DNA from: Chiloscyllium plagiosum
Lineage: Eukaryota
Assembly (NCBI RefSeq): GCF_004010195.1
Contig: NC_057719.1
Span: forward strand, 72,472,583-72,536,582
Length of the DNA stretch: 64,000 bases
Reading direction: 5' to 3'
Shown: positions 13,301 to 26,109 of the stretch, piece by piece
Numbering within the stretch: position 1 is the stretch's first letter
How the letters are laid out: each line of letters begins with the position of its first letter
Notes under the pieces: model-generated
Seen by the model: only the letters and a program-made list of their open reading frames with translations
The model's database searches: none
Told to the model about the DNA's origin: nothing
Made by a program: the position numbers and the translations under genes

Positions 13301-15381
13301 TTTCCAAGGATTTAATTATTTCAACTCAGAAACCTTTAGACATTCTGAGACCTGGACCCCTTGCTCCCAGAAATTATCTGTTCAGCAGCAGCACTCTGTT
13401 GTGTTGTAGTGATGTGGTCCTGAAACAGTCAAATTCTGCAACTCTGTATTTTGGCTTTAAACACAGCCATCACATAACATAGTGCCTTCAGAATCATTTT
13501 TTTGTGATCAATCTGCTTCACCCACCAGTGAACTGGAGTAAATTACAATTGAAATTGGTATACTTGAGTTAGAATAATGATAGTGTTATCAGACCTCTTT
13601 GCATTTTACCTTAGAGAGCCTTCAGATTTAAGAAACATTCACTAAGGTATCCATGAATTACCTGAACAGTCAGATTGGGGAAAGTAACCAAACATGGATG
13701 AGGGAAAACTCAAGAAGGTCCAACCCAACTGATGACCATCTGTAAAGATCTCAGTGTCTTAAGATTTTTGCTTAGCTTTTGACATCTCAGATAAAATTTC
13801 CACTCCAGGAACAAGCAATGTTTCAAAGCTGTGCAGATTTATGAATTACATAAGAAAGGAATACCCCACAATTAGATCTATCTTTCACAAATTGGAGATA
13901 CGCCATTCCCCTGCAAAACTTGTGAATAGAGCAAACACTTTAGTTCAATCAACCCAGAACCACAATTGCTTTTGCAACTGTATCTCAACATCCTGCCTAT
14001 TTCTAAAATTTTACTCCAGCAGTGAAACTTCACACATATGACTTCTATACTTTTCCACACAAAATCCTCTCAGCTGGGTAAGAAAACGCTGCTTCTATCT
14101 CAGGTCAGACCAGAAGTTGCCCACTTATCTTTCCACGAATTCTCCACCTGGATGTTTGAGGCAAGAGTCTTCACAACAGAAGCACTCCAGCAAACCATGC
14201 AGACAGTAGTCCCAGAAACCACATCCCCATCCCCAACCCAAACCCTCACTTTTCTGTAGTATAACATGTTGAAAAGTTATAAAGCCACCTTAAGAGCTAA
14301 TGAAAAAAGATAAGTGTGCAAGGTAAGTGAGGAGGTAGGGTGGCAAATGGGTGAAGGGTTCGGTCTCTAAGCGGGTGGGAGGGGGTTTTCAGTGACAGGT
14401 AAGTGGGTGAGAGAATAGGGTGGGTCCATTCGGGTGTTTGATGAGGGTGGGCAGTTGGACTGAGTGCCTATGTTGTGGGGTGGGGAAAAGAGAAACAGCT
14501 GGCCAGAAAGGCCAGGAAGGTAAGTGGAATGGAGTGGAGATGTGGAGTAGGTCCGTCAGAGTAATGGGGTGGGAGGTGGTGGTGGTTTTATAGTTACCTA
14601 GAACAGATTTAATGCCTCTGACTTTACCAGGCTAAGGACATCTGCAAGATCTTGGCACACATCTTTCAGGGTACATTCACTGTCCAACTATTAAGAAGAT
14701 CAGGCTAATGTCCTTGTTTGACATTTCATCCCTTATATATGTGGAACACAAAATTCCTTCCAAAGATTTCAGCATCAAATTTCTAATTACAGGCATTATG
14801 TCATTGAATATGTTCTTCCAATATAATGCTTTCTGTACCCAGAAAATATAGGTGAACTGCACAAGACATCAGACTTCATTACAATTGTTTCAGTTTGCAC
14901 TCTGTTTCGAAGTATATACACTTCAAGGGGCACTGCTTTTCAAAAGGAATTTCACTCATGGTAAAACCATTTAGTCTCAGAATTAGTTACTTAATTCGAG
15001 ATTGCATGATCATCTGCATCCATTTCTTTTATTTTGAGACCATATGATAACGCAATTGTCTGTCAAAGTCTAATTACTGATACAGAGAAAGACAAAGTGG
15101 ATTAGAGGGGGGGTTCAGAGAGGATCAGTTTGAGGTGTGCTTCTGAACAATGTTCATATAATTGAAAATGCAAAGGATTCAGCTCTCATTGCTCTTCCTT
15201 ATTGTATAGTTCTGATATTTTTAACAAGTTTTCTGAAAAATGCTCCATTTTCTTACAAACAACCTTCTCCCCTTCTCCTTAGTTTTAATAATGCAATGTC
15301 ATAGACTGTTTGTGCACAGATCAAAATAAAATGCATAAAAAAAATTGTGAACTAATATTTTTCATTATTTAAATACTGTAG

Positions 15382-15441
15382 CAAAACCAACCAAGAAAAA
15401 AGCTGCAAAATCGGGAAAAAAGAATTCAAAAGTGAACAAGG
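15382..15441 (+). CDS. COCH: Cochlin-like Lys-rich linker exon (AKPTKKKAAKSGKKNSKVNK)
   Basis: ctgtag acceptor, gtaagg donor; 60 nt phase 1-1; resembles the basic ...KK..NK(D/E)C linker preceding cochlin VWA1. Confidence 0.82.
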
Positions 15442-17321
15442 GTAAGGGTTCTTCCATGTTATGATGAAAATTTATCAAATATTATTATTTGGAATTGTGG
15501 ACTCTATGGTATGGTTAAATAGGTTTTTGGTTTCCAGTGCTTGTGAAGGTCTGATCTTTTTTTATTTAAGAAAGGGTCAGAAAGTCATTTGGAACAGTGA
15601 TCTAATTATTGCCCTTCCAAGAATTCATGTGATATAATTGAAATGACTCAACAAACTACTGGTGAGATAATTGCTGCTTTTTGTTGGCTTCTATTTTTTG
15701 ACCACAAAAGGGAAGGCCAGGGACCAAAGTAGATTAAGTTTCAAAGAAAATGTCTGTAACATCAGAAGGGCAATTTAGTTTGTTGAAGTCTTCATACAAA
15801 TACAGTTGGAAGGAAGTTTTAAGCTGCTTTTAGCAGCCTCAAAATAGTCCTAGTCAGAGATCATTCCGCATGTCTCAGGATAGACAGAGAGAATCACACG
15901 TTCGTGAGTTACATGAGGGAACATGCAGAAAAGTACTCAACAGAAATATTTACAGCCACGTCAGTTAAATATGAAACTTTAAAGTGAAGTTAGAAGTGAT
16001 ACTTGAAAGGAGTCAAATGTAAAAGGTATAGCTGGAAAAAGGGTTACATCTTCCTTGATGCTGTTCACAAGATTTTTCCAAATCATCTTATATATACATA
16101 GCATTTTTTTCTCTTGTGTAATAAGTTAATGTTCTTTTGTTAAAAGTGTACTGATAGTCTTGTGTGAATATGTTAAAAGACATGGCCACCACAATAACCA
16201 AATTTCAGAAATAAATCTTAAAGTTTATCAAGCTAGGTTTCATGATGAAGTCTGACTTGTCCAATGTTACCAGCTGGGATCACAATAAAACTGGGAGCTT
16301 TTCAGGATAGACATCCATTGACTGTAAGAGAGATCTGTGATTCTCTAAAGTAGGTGGAGATACTGGACATTAGGAAAGAAACAAGAGTTGTGATATATAT
16401 TATATTACAGATTGGAATTTTGACATGGTAGAAATTATGAATACTTTTCTGGATGTACAAGTCTTAACAATGGACTATTTGAAATTTTTGACTAATGCTT
16501 TATTGAGTGCATTAGTGGATAAATTGGAGGTAGAAATAAAAGCAGGATGTGTCAATATCGAGTTGCTTAAAATGATTGCCAAGTACTTAGAATTAAAAGG
16601 ATGGAAAGCTGAAATGATAGCTAGGAAGATAAAACACACGTAGAGTGTCTCAGTATGTCCAGCCATGAATAAGGATAGCAGATGGTCAGAAGCAACCTGC
16701 AGACTATGAAGCTGTTAAAAGAACAATACTTACTGCTCACCAGTTTGTCTTTGAAGTTTAGCAATTAAAATTTAGGACTACATCAAAATAACCTGAATTT
16801 GCAAGGGAAAAACAAATGTATGGGATCAGTGAAGTTTGAGAAAAGTTTTGAGAGTATGAGAGAAATCATAAGTATGGAAAAATTCTATAATAATATTCCA
16901 GCAACATCCAAGGAATTTGAGCATTACATGTCAAAAATCCAAGAAGCAGCAGTTCTGGCAGATACTGACATACTTCGCTCAGTTACAGGTGGGTAGATGG
17001 TCAACTGGGAAGCAGTCAAGAAATTTGAGAAACAGAAAATGGAAGAATGGCAAAGCTAATCATTTTAGGAAACAAATGGTGGGATGCCGAAAAAATAAAG
17101 GATGAAAACTAGAACCATACAAAGTGATACAATGAAATTAGTATGCTTTCATGTAATAAGGCTAGACATACTAAAACTAATTACTTGAAATTAAGTGGGA
17201 GATCCAATTCCTTGAATAGAAATACCTAAGAAATCCTTGAGAGCAGTGCAAAATTGTAAAACTGTAGTAGTGATATCATTGGAACAAGTTTCCTCAGAAC
17301 CTACTGGAAATGGAGAATTAT

Positions 17322-17650
17322 GGGCGGCACGGTGGTACAGTGGTTAGCACTGCTGCCTCACAGCGCCAGAGACCTGGGTTCAATTCCCGCCTCAGGTGAC
17401 TGTGTGGAATTTTCACATTCTCCCCGTGTCTGCGTGAGTTTCCTCCGGATGCTCCGGTTTCCTCCCACAGTCCAAAAATGTGCAGGTTAGGTGAATTGAC
17501 CATGCTAAATTGCCCGTAGTGTTAAGGACAGGGGTAAATGTAGGGGAATGGGTCTGGGTGGGTTGCTCTTCGGCGGATCGGTGTGGACTTGCTGGGCCAA
17601 AGGGCCTGTTTCCACACTGTAAGTAATCTAAACAAAAATCTAAATCCAGA
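17322..17650 (+). mobile_element. HE1/V-SINE-like tRNA-derived SINE, near full length
   Basis: gggcggcacggtggtacagtggttagcactgctgcctcacagcgccagagacctgggttcaattccc tRNA-like head, V-domain-like core, CR1-type tail with (aatcta)n. Confidence 0.9.
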
Positions 17651-17959
17651 TAGTCGAGCAATTCCTTCCTCATTTATTGATAAAGACTACTGGAGGTTCT
17701 GAGTGAGAGATATTTCCTTTTTCTAAATAAAAATATCAATCAATAAAGTTATTGGGAGACACTGGAGCAAGTCAGTCTAATGAAGGAAAATAACATTAAT
17801 TGGTTGCATCATCTCCCATTACATAGAGTGACTTGATAAATGGAGAATTAAATAGATTGAAAAGAATGAGTGAGGAGAGCACCCTGTGACAGACAGTCTA
17901 CATCACTGAGAGGAGTGGACAGGGTGAGAACACTCCCAGATAAACACACTGACCAGGAG

Positions 17960-19470
17960 TGGACTTGAGTCAAATTGAAGATATAAGCAAAAATAAGATT
18001 TTTCTAGTCCATAATTAAGTTGGAGTAAGGGTAAAATAAAAGAAAGGGAAAACCTGGGCAGATACAATAAAAAAAACCTAAAGGGTTCCTTTAAATATAC
18101 AAAGAGCATGAGATCAACTCGGTAAAGAGTTGGACCCATTAGGAATCATTGAGGTCATCTGAATGCACACCTGGAAATGTAGGCATAGTCCATAATGCAT
18201 ACTTTGCATCAATCTTCACAATGGTAAAGAACAATGCAGGCATAGGCATCAGAGTGGAGGACTGTAAAATACAGGAGAAAAAAACATAGAGAAAGAGTGG
18301 GGAGGGAGGGTGGTGCACTAGCAGACTTGTCAGTCCTAAAAGTCGGTGAATCTGTAGGCCCAGATGAGATGTATCCCTGGAATTGAGAGAGCAAGGGAGG
18401 AAGCACCAGGCACCCAGTTTCTGAAACTGGAAATCTGTTTCCAGTGGAGTTCTGCCAGGCTGTGTTGGTGTCCTTGCAGTTTGTTGTGTACATTAATGCG
18501 ATTTAAACTTAAATATTGGGGGTATAATCAAGGAGTTTGCAGATGATATGAAAAATTGTAGCATGGTAAATTTCAAGGAGCTAGACAGAAACTGCAGGAG
18601 GATATCAACAGATTGGTCAGTCGGGCCATGTAATAGCAAATCGAAATGAACCTGCAATAGTGTGAGATAATGCACTTGATGAGGTTTAACAAAGTAAGGA
18701 ATCATACTGCAAATGTGTTGAAGATCAGAAGATCCACAGATCCTTGAAGGTAACAGGGCAGATCAGTAAAGTGGTTAAGAATTCATGTGGAATAGTGGCC
18801 AAGGCATAGAAAAATAAGAATAAGGAGTTTATGTTGGAACTGTATAAAATATTGGTTATTCCATGACTACAGTATTGTGTACAGTTCTGATCATCACAAT
18901 ATAGGAAGGATCTGATCGCACCAGAGAGTGCAGAGGAGATTTACCAGGATGCTACATGGACTGGAAGGTCTGGACTTTGAGGAAAGGTTGGATAGGCTGG
19001 CGTTATTTTCTTTAGAGTAACAAAGTTAGACAGAGAACTTCACAGAGGTGTGTAAAACTATGAGAAGCCTAGATAAGGCGGGGGGGGGGGAGGGGGGGGG
19101 GGTGCTTAAGGAGGCACTCATAATAGAGGGCCAATAAAACGGGGGGGCGTAGGTGCTTACGGAGGCACTCATAATAGAAGGGCCAATAAACCGGGAAGAT
19201 AGATTTAAGGTAAGAAGTATAAGGCAAAGAGGAGAGTTGAAAACAAGGTTTTTTTTCACTCATTGTGGGAATCACTGCCTGAAATGATTTCTGAGTCAGA
19301 AAACTCTTAATATTGAATATTTAAGCAGTATTTAGATATTCACTGGTGTTGCAATAGTTTCAATGGGTGAAAAGCTGGAAATGGGATGTGTATTCAGATT
19401 TTTGTTGACCAGTATGGATATGATGGGCAGCATAGCCTCTTTCTGTGCTGTAAACATCTGTGAGTCTAAG
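17960..19470 (+). mobile_element. Old CR1 LINE fragment with internal deletions, nested in the Gypsy element
   Basis: Broken CR1 motifs (tttgcagatgat = FADD ~18535; cagtattgtgtacagttc = YCVQF ~18870) and CR1-type 3' UTR. Confidence 0.75.
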
Positions 19471-20122
19471 TTGTGGTTGAAGTCATGGAAGAAATCTCTA
19501 CAGAAGGAATTTTATCATAGGGAATGGCTTGGCTGGATCAAAAATGTTGACTTAATTGTGGGAGAGTAAAAATCATTAGAAGTGAAAGAAAGTGAGATGC
19601 TATAGGAGAAACATTCTGGATTGATTCCAGACTGTGTTTTGTCTAGATCTCACGTTCAAATAATTGAACAGGAAGAGAAGAAGACTATGAATAAGGGAGA
19701 TGATTTGGAAATTCAGGAAATTCAAAAATTGCTATTTTTGAATACTTAAGTAAAAAAAGATGAAAAGCAAGAGGCTGACATGTTTAGAATATCTGCCTTA
19801 ATTTAAATGTAGTAGTTACAGCTGGAAATGAGAGACCTTTATCTAACAGCCTACCCTGAAACTGAATCAAATCAATACCTAGGTGTTATTATTTAAATGA
19901 AAAGGTGTTAAATGAGGAAAGGGAGTCTACCTCAAGAACCAGATAATAAGGAATGGATAGTAGACTTGTTTGAGTTTCCTAACAAATTTTTAGGAGTGGC
20001 TCCCAAAATTCCAGTGACACGTCACTTAGATATTAGAAAACACAGACTAATTTTTTTTATTGACCAGGATTACATAAAGATGGAATTAAATTTTGCCAAA
20101 AATACCATACATATTAGATCAT

Positions 20123-20315
20123 GAGCACAGAAAGTGGTGGATGAAGGTACAGTTACAACATTTAAAAGATATTTGGATAAGTTCATGTATAGGAAACGTT
20201 TGGAGGGATATGGGCCAAGTGCAGGCAGGTGGAACTAGTTTAGTTTTGGAACAAGGTTGGCATTGACTAGTTAGACCAACGGCTCTGTTTCCATGCTGTA
20301 CAAATCTATGACTCT
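20123..20315 (+). mobile_element. CR1 3' tail fragment inside the Gypsy integrase
   Basis: Homologous to tails at 25215-25380 and 58790-58990; ends in (ctatga)n. Confidence 0.8.
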
Positions 20316-23300
20316 ATGAGGAAACCACAACTATCAATTAAACCTGTACTTTCAATTCCGATAGCAGCTTTAAAACAAAACTATTTAACTTGGTCTTGGC
20401 ATCAAAAGCCAGAAATGGGAATCAGTGCTCTTTTAACGGTTATAGATGTTTCAAAAAAATTTCCTGAGACAGTGCCTTTGGGGAAAATTACGGCAAAAGT
20501 GGTAAGCAAAGAGTTTAGTTCAGTTTTTGTTTACAAGGTATGGATTACACAAAGAAATAAAATCAGACAAAACTCCAAATTTTATGCCACAAAAACAACT
20601 AATCAATTTTGTAATGATTGGGATAAAGGAATTTCCTTGTTACTGTTTGACTTTAGAGATATCTTGAATGCATCCGCAAGATCAAATTCTTTTGAACTCA
20701 TGTTTGGAAATATGGTGAGAGACCTCCTTAATTAATTAAAAAAAAGTTTATAAACCAAAGCTCAGAGACTGCAGTTTTGACCTTTGTGCCACGTTTCTGA
20801 GAGAAACTGATCAAAGCGTGTGAGTTGGCCAAACAATGTTTTTTAAATGTTCAACAAGCAATGAAAACTAAATCAAATAGAGATGTCATAGATCAGAACC
20901 TTGTCACTGGAGAATAGGTGTTAGTACTGACATCTGTCACTGGGGAACCATTAAAAACAAGGTTCACTGGATCTTAGTGAATCAAAATAATCTCAATGAT
21001 ATGAATTATTTAATGAGTACTCTGGACTGGAGGAAAAATCAGTGTGACATGTTAATATGTTAAGTAAGACTGATGGGGAGATGGACTGGGAAGAATTGTA
21101 CTTAAGGTGGTGAAAGGAACAGGGAGTGAAATAAAAATATTATAACAATTGGAAAATGAATCAGAAATTGAAAATTCAAAAGCCAAACTTTTGGTAATCA
21201 AATTGAATATTACAAGAGGTGCTTAAAATATTAAATGGAATACTATGCCATTTCCCAGAAAACAAAAACTATAATAGATTCATAAATCAATTTTGTAAAT
21301 AGGCCAGGAGAAAATGACTTTGGCTGTACTTAATGTTAATGTAGGGAATGTGTTTCCCCTAAAACAACACCCTCACAGAATCAACCCACACAAGTTAGTT
21401 TGAGTGAGAAAAGAGATTACATTTGTGATTGATGATGGTGTTACTTAATTGGGTAATTGTAGCTGAGGCTCAGCTGTTGGAGCCAAATCCAGATGGATCA
21501 CAATGAATGTATATCGATTATTGCAAAGTTAACACACTGCCAAAAGCAATTCATATCCAATTCCACAATTAAAGGATTGTATTGAGAGGATTGGGCAAGC
21601 TCAGTTGGTTACAAAAATATTTGTTTAAAGGATATTGGTAAGCTCCATTGACTGTGACAGCCAAAGAAATATCAGTTTTTGTATCAGATGGATTTTAGCG
21701 AAGTTGTGTTGTTTGGAATAAAAATACATCAGCAATTTTTCAATGATTTCAATGATTAACCAACAAGGTCATCAAAGGATTACGCCACTGTGTTTTGTAT
21801 ATGGACAACGTGGTTCCATTCAGCTAAATTTTGAAAGAACCTTTATAACACTTGAACAATTTGTCTCTTTTTAATATCCAGCAGTGCTCTTACATACAAC
21901 TGAACACTTTTTCCCATCACTAAATCACCTGTGGTACTATTTTACTTATGAACCACCACCAGTAAGTCACTCATGTTCTCTAATTGATCAATTTAGAGAC
22001 AAAGCCCATTAGTGCAAAGTAGACCACCAAAGGTGTGAGTGATACAGGGAGAGGGGGAAGGAGCTAAATCAAATTGAACTTGGAAGGGAAGATAAAGCAC
22101 TTGATCCTCTGCAGTACCCACCTCTTTCTCTAAAGACATCAGCAGTTTTTTTTAACAGTTACAATGAGTCAGTTTGGTCATAAATCTAGTTAAAAGTAGA
22201 TTTGCCAAAGCAAAAGTGACTTATTTGGACCACACTGTGTGGACAAGGCTGAATATCACCCAAAGAAGAAAATCAAGGGGTAAGTATTTGAGTTTATCCC
22301 TTCCCTAAACCAAAATGTGAAATTCTGCAATATATTGGCATAAGTGGATTTGATCAGATTTTTTTATATTCTGAATTTCAGCACTGTTGTGGTTCCTTTG
22401 ATAATTTTGTTCAAGAAAGGCAATGGCTTGAGTGGCCAAAAGAATGAAAGAGAGCTTTCGACAACTTGAAAACTATATTGACCATTGCATCAGTTTTAGC
22501 AGCTCTTAATTATGATAAGGTTTATGCTGAGTTTGGATATCACTAACACTGGTGTGGTGCAGTGTTAGTACAAAAGGATGAGCTGGGAATCGAACTGCTA
22601 GTCAATTATTTTTCACACAGACTACATGCATTAACAAAAATATTTGACAGTGGAGAAAGAGACTTTGAGCCTGGTGTGGGCTGTACAACATTTCAAGGTC
22701 TAGATATCCAATACCTCAGCAGAAACATACTTATAGAAACGGTAGTCCTTTAACAACATTTCCTTAATATAACCACATACTTAGTAATGTCCTGCAATAC
22801 CAATGATTTTTAATGTTATAGCTGACAGTTTGTCAGTAATAAATGTGAATGTTGTGATCAAAATGGATTTGTTTAGAATATGATTATGATGAAAATCCTC
22901 ATGTTTAATGTAAATATGTTATTACTGTTAACATAAAATAGAAATAGTGATGAGGAAATATTGATAGGAAATGAAATTGCTTCCTAAAGATACTTTTTTT
23001 TGGTGGGGGAGTAGCTGAAACTTGTGACCCAAGTTTATAATCTATCATTATTTGAGAACTTGGATCTAGCATAATGTTTAATGAGTTTTATGTTTTCAGG
23101 GTTGTGAAGGACTTTTTTTTTAAAAGAAAATAATTTGGAATAGTGGGCACAAGACAGCTTTTCCAAGAATTCATGTGACTTAAGCTAAGCAATTCAACAG
23201 ATGAGAGTGAGATAATTTATACTTATAGTTGACTTGAGTCTTAATGACCAGAAAAGGAATACTAGGGAACAAAAGTTGAGTTCAGAAAGGTTCATGCAAG

Positions 23301-23649
23301 CAAAAGGACAGATTAGTTTGAGGAGGTATTTAGGCCAGCAGAGATGAAAATAAATCTTTAGCAGCCTCAACGTTGTCCAAGTAGGTTACACTGTCCATAT
23401 ATCTCCGGGAGGCTGAAAGAGAATGTCATCTTGTGAATGTGCAAAAAACTGAAGGAATTGGTTGCTATTGCCTTAGTTAACTAAAACAAAATTAAGGTGA
23501 AGACAGAAGTGATACTTCACTGGGGTTGAGTGGCTGTAAGTGTGTTGTTTGGAAAAAAAGGGGCTGCCTCTTATTTCTTTGGGATAATAACTCATTTACC
23601 TTTGTTAAAAGTACATTGGCAGCCTCATATAAATATATTTATGACTAGG

Positions 23650-25380
23650 GACAGGTGGAAAACAGGAAGCCTTCAGAAATGAGGTGAGAGTCCAGAGAAA
23701 GTATATTCTTCTTAGGGTGAGATGAAAGGCTGGTAGACATAGGGAATACTGGATGACTAAAGAAATTGAGGGTTTGGTTAAGAAAAAGAAGGAAGCATAT
23801 GTCAGGTATAGACAAGGAGGATCAAATGAATCATTAGAAGAGTATAAGGGCAGTCGGAGTATACTCAAGACAGAAATCAAGAGGGTAAAAAGGGGACATG
23901 AGATAGCTTTGGCAAATGGAGTTAAGGAGAATCCAAAGGATTTTTACAAAGACATTAAGGACAAAAGGGTAACTAGGGAGAAAATAGGGCCCCTCAAAGA
24001 TCAGCAATGTGGCCTTTGTGTGGAGTCGCAGGAGAGGGGGGAATTACTAAACTAGTATTTTGCATCAGTGTTTACTGTGGGAAAGGACATGGAAGATATA
24101 CAATATAGGGAAATAGATGGTGACATCTTGAAAAATGTTCATATTACAGAGGAGGAAGTGCTGTATGTCTTGAAATGCATAAAAGTGGATAAATCCACAG
24201 GACCTGATCAGGTGTACCCTAGAACTCTGTGGGAAGCTAGAGAAGTGATTGCTGGGCCTCTTACTGAGACATTTGTATCATTGATAGTCACAGGTGAGGT
24301 GGCGGAAGACTGGAGGTTGGCTAATGTGGTGCCACTGTTTAAGAAAGGTGGTAAGGACAAACCAGGGAACTATAGACCTGTTAGCTTGATGTCGGTGGTG
24401 GGCAAGGTTTTGGAGGGAATCCTGAGGGACAGGATATACATGTATTTGGAAAGGCAAGGACTAATTAGGGATAGTCAACATGGCTTTGTGCGTGGGAAAT
24501 CATGTCTCACAAACTTGATTGTGTTTTTTGAAGAAGTAACAAAGAGGCTTGATGAAGGCAGAGTGGTAGATATGATCTATATGGACTTCAGCAAGGCGTT
24601 CGACAAGGTTCCCCATGGAAGACGAGTTAGCAAGGTTAGATCTCAAGGAATACAGGGAGAACTAGCCATTTGGATACAAAACTTGCTCAAAGGTACTGAA
24701 CAAAGAGACCTTGGAGTGCAGGTTCATAGCTCCTTGAAAGTGGAGTTGCAGGTAGATAGGATAGTGAAGAAGACATTTGGTATACGTTCCTTTATTAGTC
24801 AGAATATTGAGTACAGGAGTTGGGAGGTCCTGTTGTGGCCGTACAGAACATTGGTTAGGCCACTGTTGGAATATTACTTACAATTCTGGTCTCCTTCCTA
24901 TTGGAAAGATGTTGTGAAACTTGAAAGGGTTCAGAAAAGATTTACAAGGATGTTGCCAGGCTTGGAGGATTTGAGCTGTAGTGAGAGGTTGAATAGGGTT
25001 GGACTGTTTTCCTTGGAGCATCGGAGACTGAGGGGTGACCTTATAGAGGTTTATAAAATCATGAGGGGCATGGATAGGATAAATAGACAAAGTCTTTTTC
25101 CTGGGGTTGGATGAGTCCAGAACTAGAGAGCATAGGTTTAGGGTGAGAGGAGAAAGATCTAAAAGAGACCTAAGGGGCAATCTTTTCATTCAGAGGGTGG
25201 TGCATGTATGGAATGAGCTGAAAAAGGAAGTGGTGGAGGCTAGTACAATTGCAAGGTATCTGGATGGGAATATGAATAGGAAGGGTTTGGAGATTTATGG
25301 GCAAGGTGCTGGCAGGTGGGACTAGATTGGGTTGGGATATCTGTTTGGCATGCACTAGTTGGGCCGAAGGGTCTATGACA
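23650..25380 (+). mobile_element. CR1 LINE, 5'-truncated with internal RT deletion, inserted in the Gypsy 3' LTR
   Basis: ORFs 23753..24055 and 24068..25114; highly similar to 57335-58990. Confidence 0.93.
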
Positions 25381-25537
25381 GTAACTGACTTGCACTAATA
25401 GACTTTACAGTCTGTCAAGCTAGGATTCACACTGGAATCTGATTTGTCCAATATTGCCATTTACTTAGATCAATACAACATCTAATTGCTTGTCTGAGTT
25501 GCGTTTGTTCAATGAAAAGTAATTCTTCAATCCACAG

Positions 25538-25685
25538 AATGCAAAGCTGACATTGCCTTCTTGCTTGATGGGAGCTGGAATCTTGGTAAACGCAGATTTG
25601 ACCTTCAGAAAAATTTTGTCATTAGAGTCACCAACATGCTTGGTATTGGACCACAAGGACCACTTGTTGGCATTGTACAAGTAAG
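25538..25685 (+). CDS. COCH: Cochlin-like VWA1 exon ([50 protein letters not shown])
   Basis: ccacag acceptor, gtaaac donor; 148 nt; [22 protein letters not shown] is the cochlin VWA1 start. Confidence 0.95.
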
Positions 25686-25809
25686 GTAAACAGAAGTGAG
25701 AGATGATCATGTAAATTTCTTTCTAAATATTTGTATAAGTCAGACTTGAGTACCATTTGCATCCATTCATATTGGTATTTCAGTTGCATTTTATGTATTA
25801 ATTATGCAG

Positions 25810-25913
25810 TGAGAATCCTAAAACTGAGTTCAACTTGAAAAATTTCACTAATTCAAAAGACGTGGCCTCTGCAATCAAAAATGTGACTTACAGAGGAGGT
25901 AGCACCAATGTTG
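25810..25913 (+). CDS. COCH: Cochlin-like VWA1 exon ([35 protein letters not shown])
   Basis: atgcag acceptor, gtgagt donor; 104 nt; E.PK.EF.LKNFT..KDV..AIK motif. Confidence 0.95.
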
Positions 25914-26109
25914 GTGAGTGACATGGTCTCATTACAATATCCTGATTAACATTATTCTCAATTCCACATTTTCACTCTGCTTTCCAACACTTGATCAAGA
26001 TGTTAACTTGAAACTGCAAATTATTCTCGAAAAATAGGGAAGTGACCTCGTAACTACAGAATATTTCTTCATCCTACCCCTTTTGCTTTTGGAGTTGCAA
26101 TAGTAACAT

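Larger units (their letters stand above)
15457..25460 (+). mobile_element. Decayed Gypsy LTR retrotransposon of Gmr1 type (gag-PR-INT-RT-RH) with nested insertions
   Basis: Diverged LTR copies ~15457-16285 and ~23012-23600 plus ~25385-25460 (shared blocks ttccaagaattcatgtga, tttagcagcctcaa, tcaagctagg, ttgtccaat); PPT ggtgggggag at ~23002; broken zinc knuckle ~17145-17185; protease LLGDTGASQS ~17750; integrase LTVIDVSKKFPETVPL ~20430; RT KQHPHRINP / YPIPQLKDCIERIG ~21360-21600; RNase H ~22550. Confidence 0.85.

Noticed and set aside
10760..14266. Possible solo LTRs at ~10950-11460 and ~13500-14266 (also ~27190-27960)
   Set aside because: LTR-like composition only; no second copy or TSD could be confirmed
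17322..17400. tRNA gene
   Set aside because: It is the tRNA-derived head of a SINE, continuous with the SINE body and tail
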